The notes beneath the pieces were generated by a model. The model saw nothing but the letters and a program-made list of their open reading frames with translations. It searched no databases and was not told the DNA's origin. From NCBI RefSeq assembly GCF_030684315.1, contig NC_081356.1, forward strand, positions 132,792,933-132,856,932: DNA of 64,000 nucleotides, in the 5' to 3' direction. How positions within the stretch are numbered: position 1 is the first letter of the stretch; every line of letters begins with the position of its first letter. The position numbers and the translations under genes are program-made. Shown here in pieces: positions 62,368 to 64,000 of the stretch. The stretch comes from Stegostoma tigrinum (taxonomy: Eukaryota).

Positions 62368-64000
62368 TGATTGATTGATTGTCATGCATACCAAAGTACA
62401 AGGAAAAGCTTTGTTCATGAGCTGTACAGGCAGATCATAGTAAGCAACATGGACAGATCTAAAAGATTTCGACAGCGATATGCAGGTTACATTGCACTGG
62501 GTGTGCATCAGGTGAGATCACTGTTAGCAAGATCAATATTACTTGAGTCTAGAGAGTCCATTCATCAGCCCGATAATAGCCAGGAAGGAGCTGTTCCTTG
62601 TGCGTGTGTTCAGGCTTCATATCTTCTGCCTATTGGAGGAGGTTGTAGGAGGACATGACCAGGTTGCACTAGGTCAATTAGTGATGTTGGCCCCTTTTTG
62701 TGGCAGCGAACTGTGTACATGGAGTCCATGTTGGCTTCCATAAAGGTCAGGGCTGCACACATCACCTTCTGAAGTTTCTTATAGTCCTGGGCAAAGCTGA
62801 TGTCGTACCAGGCCAGACAGTATGCATTCAACGGTGTGTCTATACAAGCTGGTGAAGGTCCTTATGGACATGCAAAATTTCCTGAGCCGCCTGAGGAAGA
62901 AGGTGCATTGTTGTGCCTTCTTGACTGTTGCATCTCTGTTGCCAGTCCAGGACAGATTCTCAGTTATCGTCACTCTGAGCAACTTGTCGCTCTCTACCCT
63001 TTCAACCTCAGTTTCATTGATGTAGATGGGGATATGTTCTGCTCCTTTCTTTCTGAAGCCAGTGATCAGTTCTTTAGTTTTTCCAATGTTGAGAGAGAGG
63101 TTGTTTTCATTGCACCACAACACCAAGCTTCTAACTCCATTCTGTATTTTGAGCCATCGTTGTTAAATATCTGTCCCACTACGGTGGTGTCATCAGTGAA
63201 CTTGCAGATGGTGTTTGTTTTGAATGCAGCAACACAGTGATGCATGTGTGAGGAGTACAGGAGGGGCTGTGGGCACATTCTTGTGGTGCTCCAGTTTGAG
63301 TGTTATTGTGGAGGAAAGTTTCCCTGACTGTGGTCTGCGGGTCAGAAAGCTGAGGACCCACTTGCAGAGGGATGAGCCGAGACCAAGGTTGTGGAATTTT
63401 GAAATCAGCCTGGAGGGTCACATGGTGTAGAAGGAGGAACTGTAGTCAATGGGTGGGAGTCTGATGTTGGTGTCTTTGTTGTCCCAAATGTTCCAGGGAT
63501 GACTGTAGGCCTGGTGATACGTCATCCACTTTTGACCTGTTCCATTGTTAGGCAAACTCTAGGGGATCGAGGCAGACTGAGTTGATGTGGGCCATGGCCA
63601 ACCTCTTGAAGCACTTCATGATAATTGAGGACAGAACTACTGGGCAATAGTCATTAAGGCACACTGCATGTGTTTTCTTGGGTATGGGAATGACAGTGGT
63701 CTTCTTGAAGCATGTGGGGACTTTGGCTTGTAGGAGGGAGAGATTGAAGGTGTCAGTGAATACCTCCTCCAGTTGGTCCACATGGGATCTGAGTGCTCAT
63801 CCGGGCCTGTCGCTCTCCTTGGGCTGACTCGAAGGAAAGCTGATCTGACATCTGCAGCAGCGATGGACAGAACAGATGTGCCTGGGGCTATCAGGTCAAG
63901 CATCACCACGCTGCTGGCATTCTGCTCAAACTGATCATAGAAAGCATCGAGTGTGTCAGGGAAGGATGTGTCTTTGTCCGTTATCTTGCTCTGCTTCATT
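62368..64000 (-). mobile_element. Rex1/Babar-like LINE RT fragment, running off the window end
   Basis: [43 protein letters not shown] and NNLSLNIGKTKEL. Confidence 0.85.

Overview
Vertebrate genomic DNA, almost certainly an elasmobranch (shark). This is inferred from the repeat content (HE1-type tRNA SINEs, CR1/HER1 LINEs, Penelope-like elements); no database was searched. Most of the window is transposable-element debris. Host genes, all on the + strand: (1) five coding exons of ZNF131 (BTB + C2H2 zinc fingers) at 3381-13384, whose first coding exon lies upstream of the window. (2) An unannotated-looking Siglec-15-related Ig receptor: leader exon 41260-41323, V-set exon 47764-48144 retaining the Y-x-C-R-V-E sialic-acid arginine, a second V-set exon 49344-49686 with a frameshift, and a transmembrane exon 54485-54586 with no charged residue. 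(3) The promoter and leader exon of a tandem paralogue at about 60410-60550. The most distinctive non-genic signal is a recurring insertion architecture shared by three sequence-unrelated Penelope-like families: an inverted repeat, a one-sided 30-45 nt tail and an 11-15 bp target-site duplication, with minimal hammerhead-ribozyme cores (CTGATGA...GAAACGTC) in two of the families. Also present: a decayed Gypsy LTR element with nested insertions, Rex1-like and L1/Tx1-like LINEs, a ~60-bp minisatellite and several locally templated duplications. All homology calls come from motif recognition by eye.
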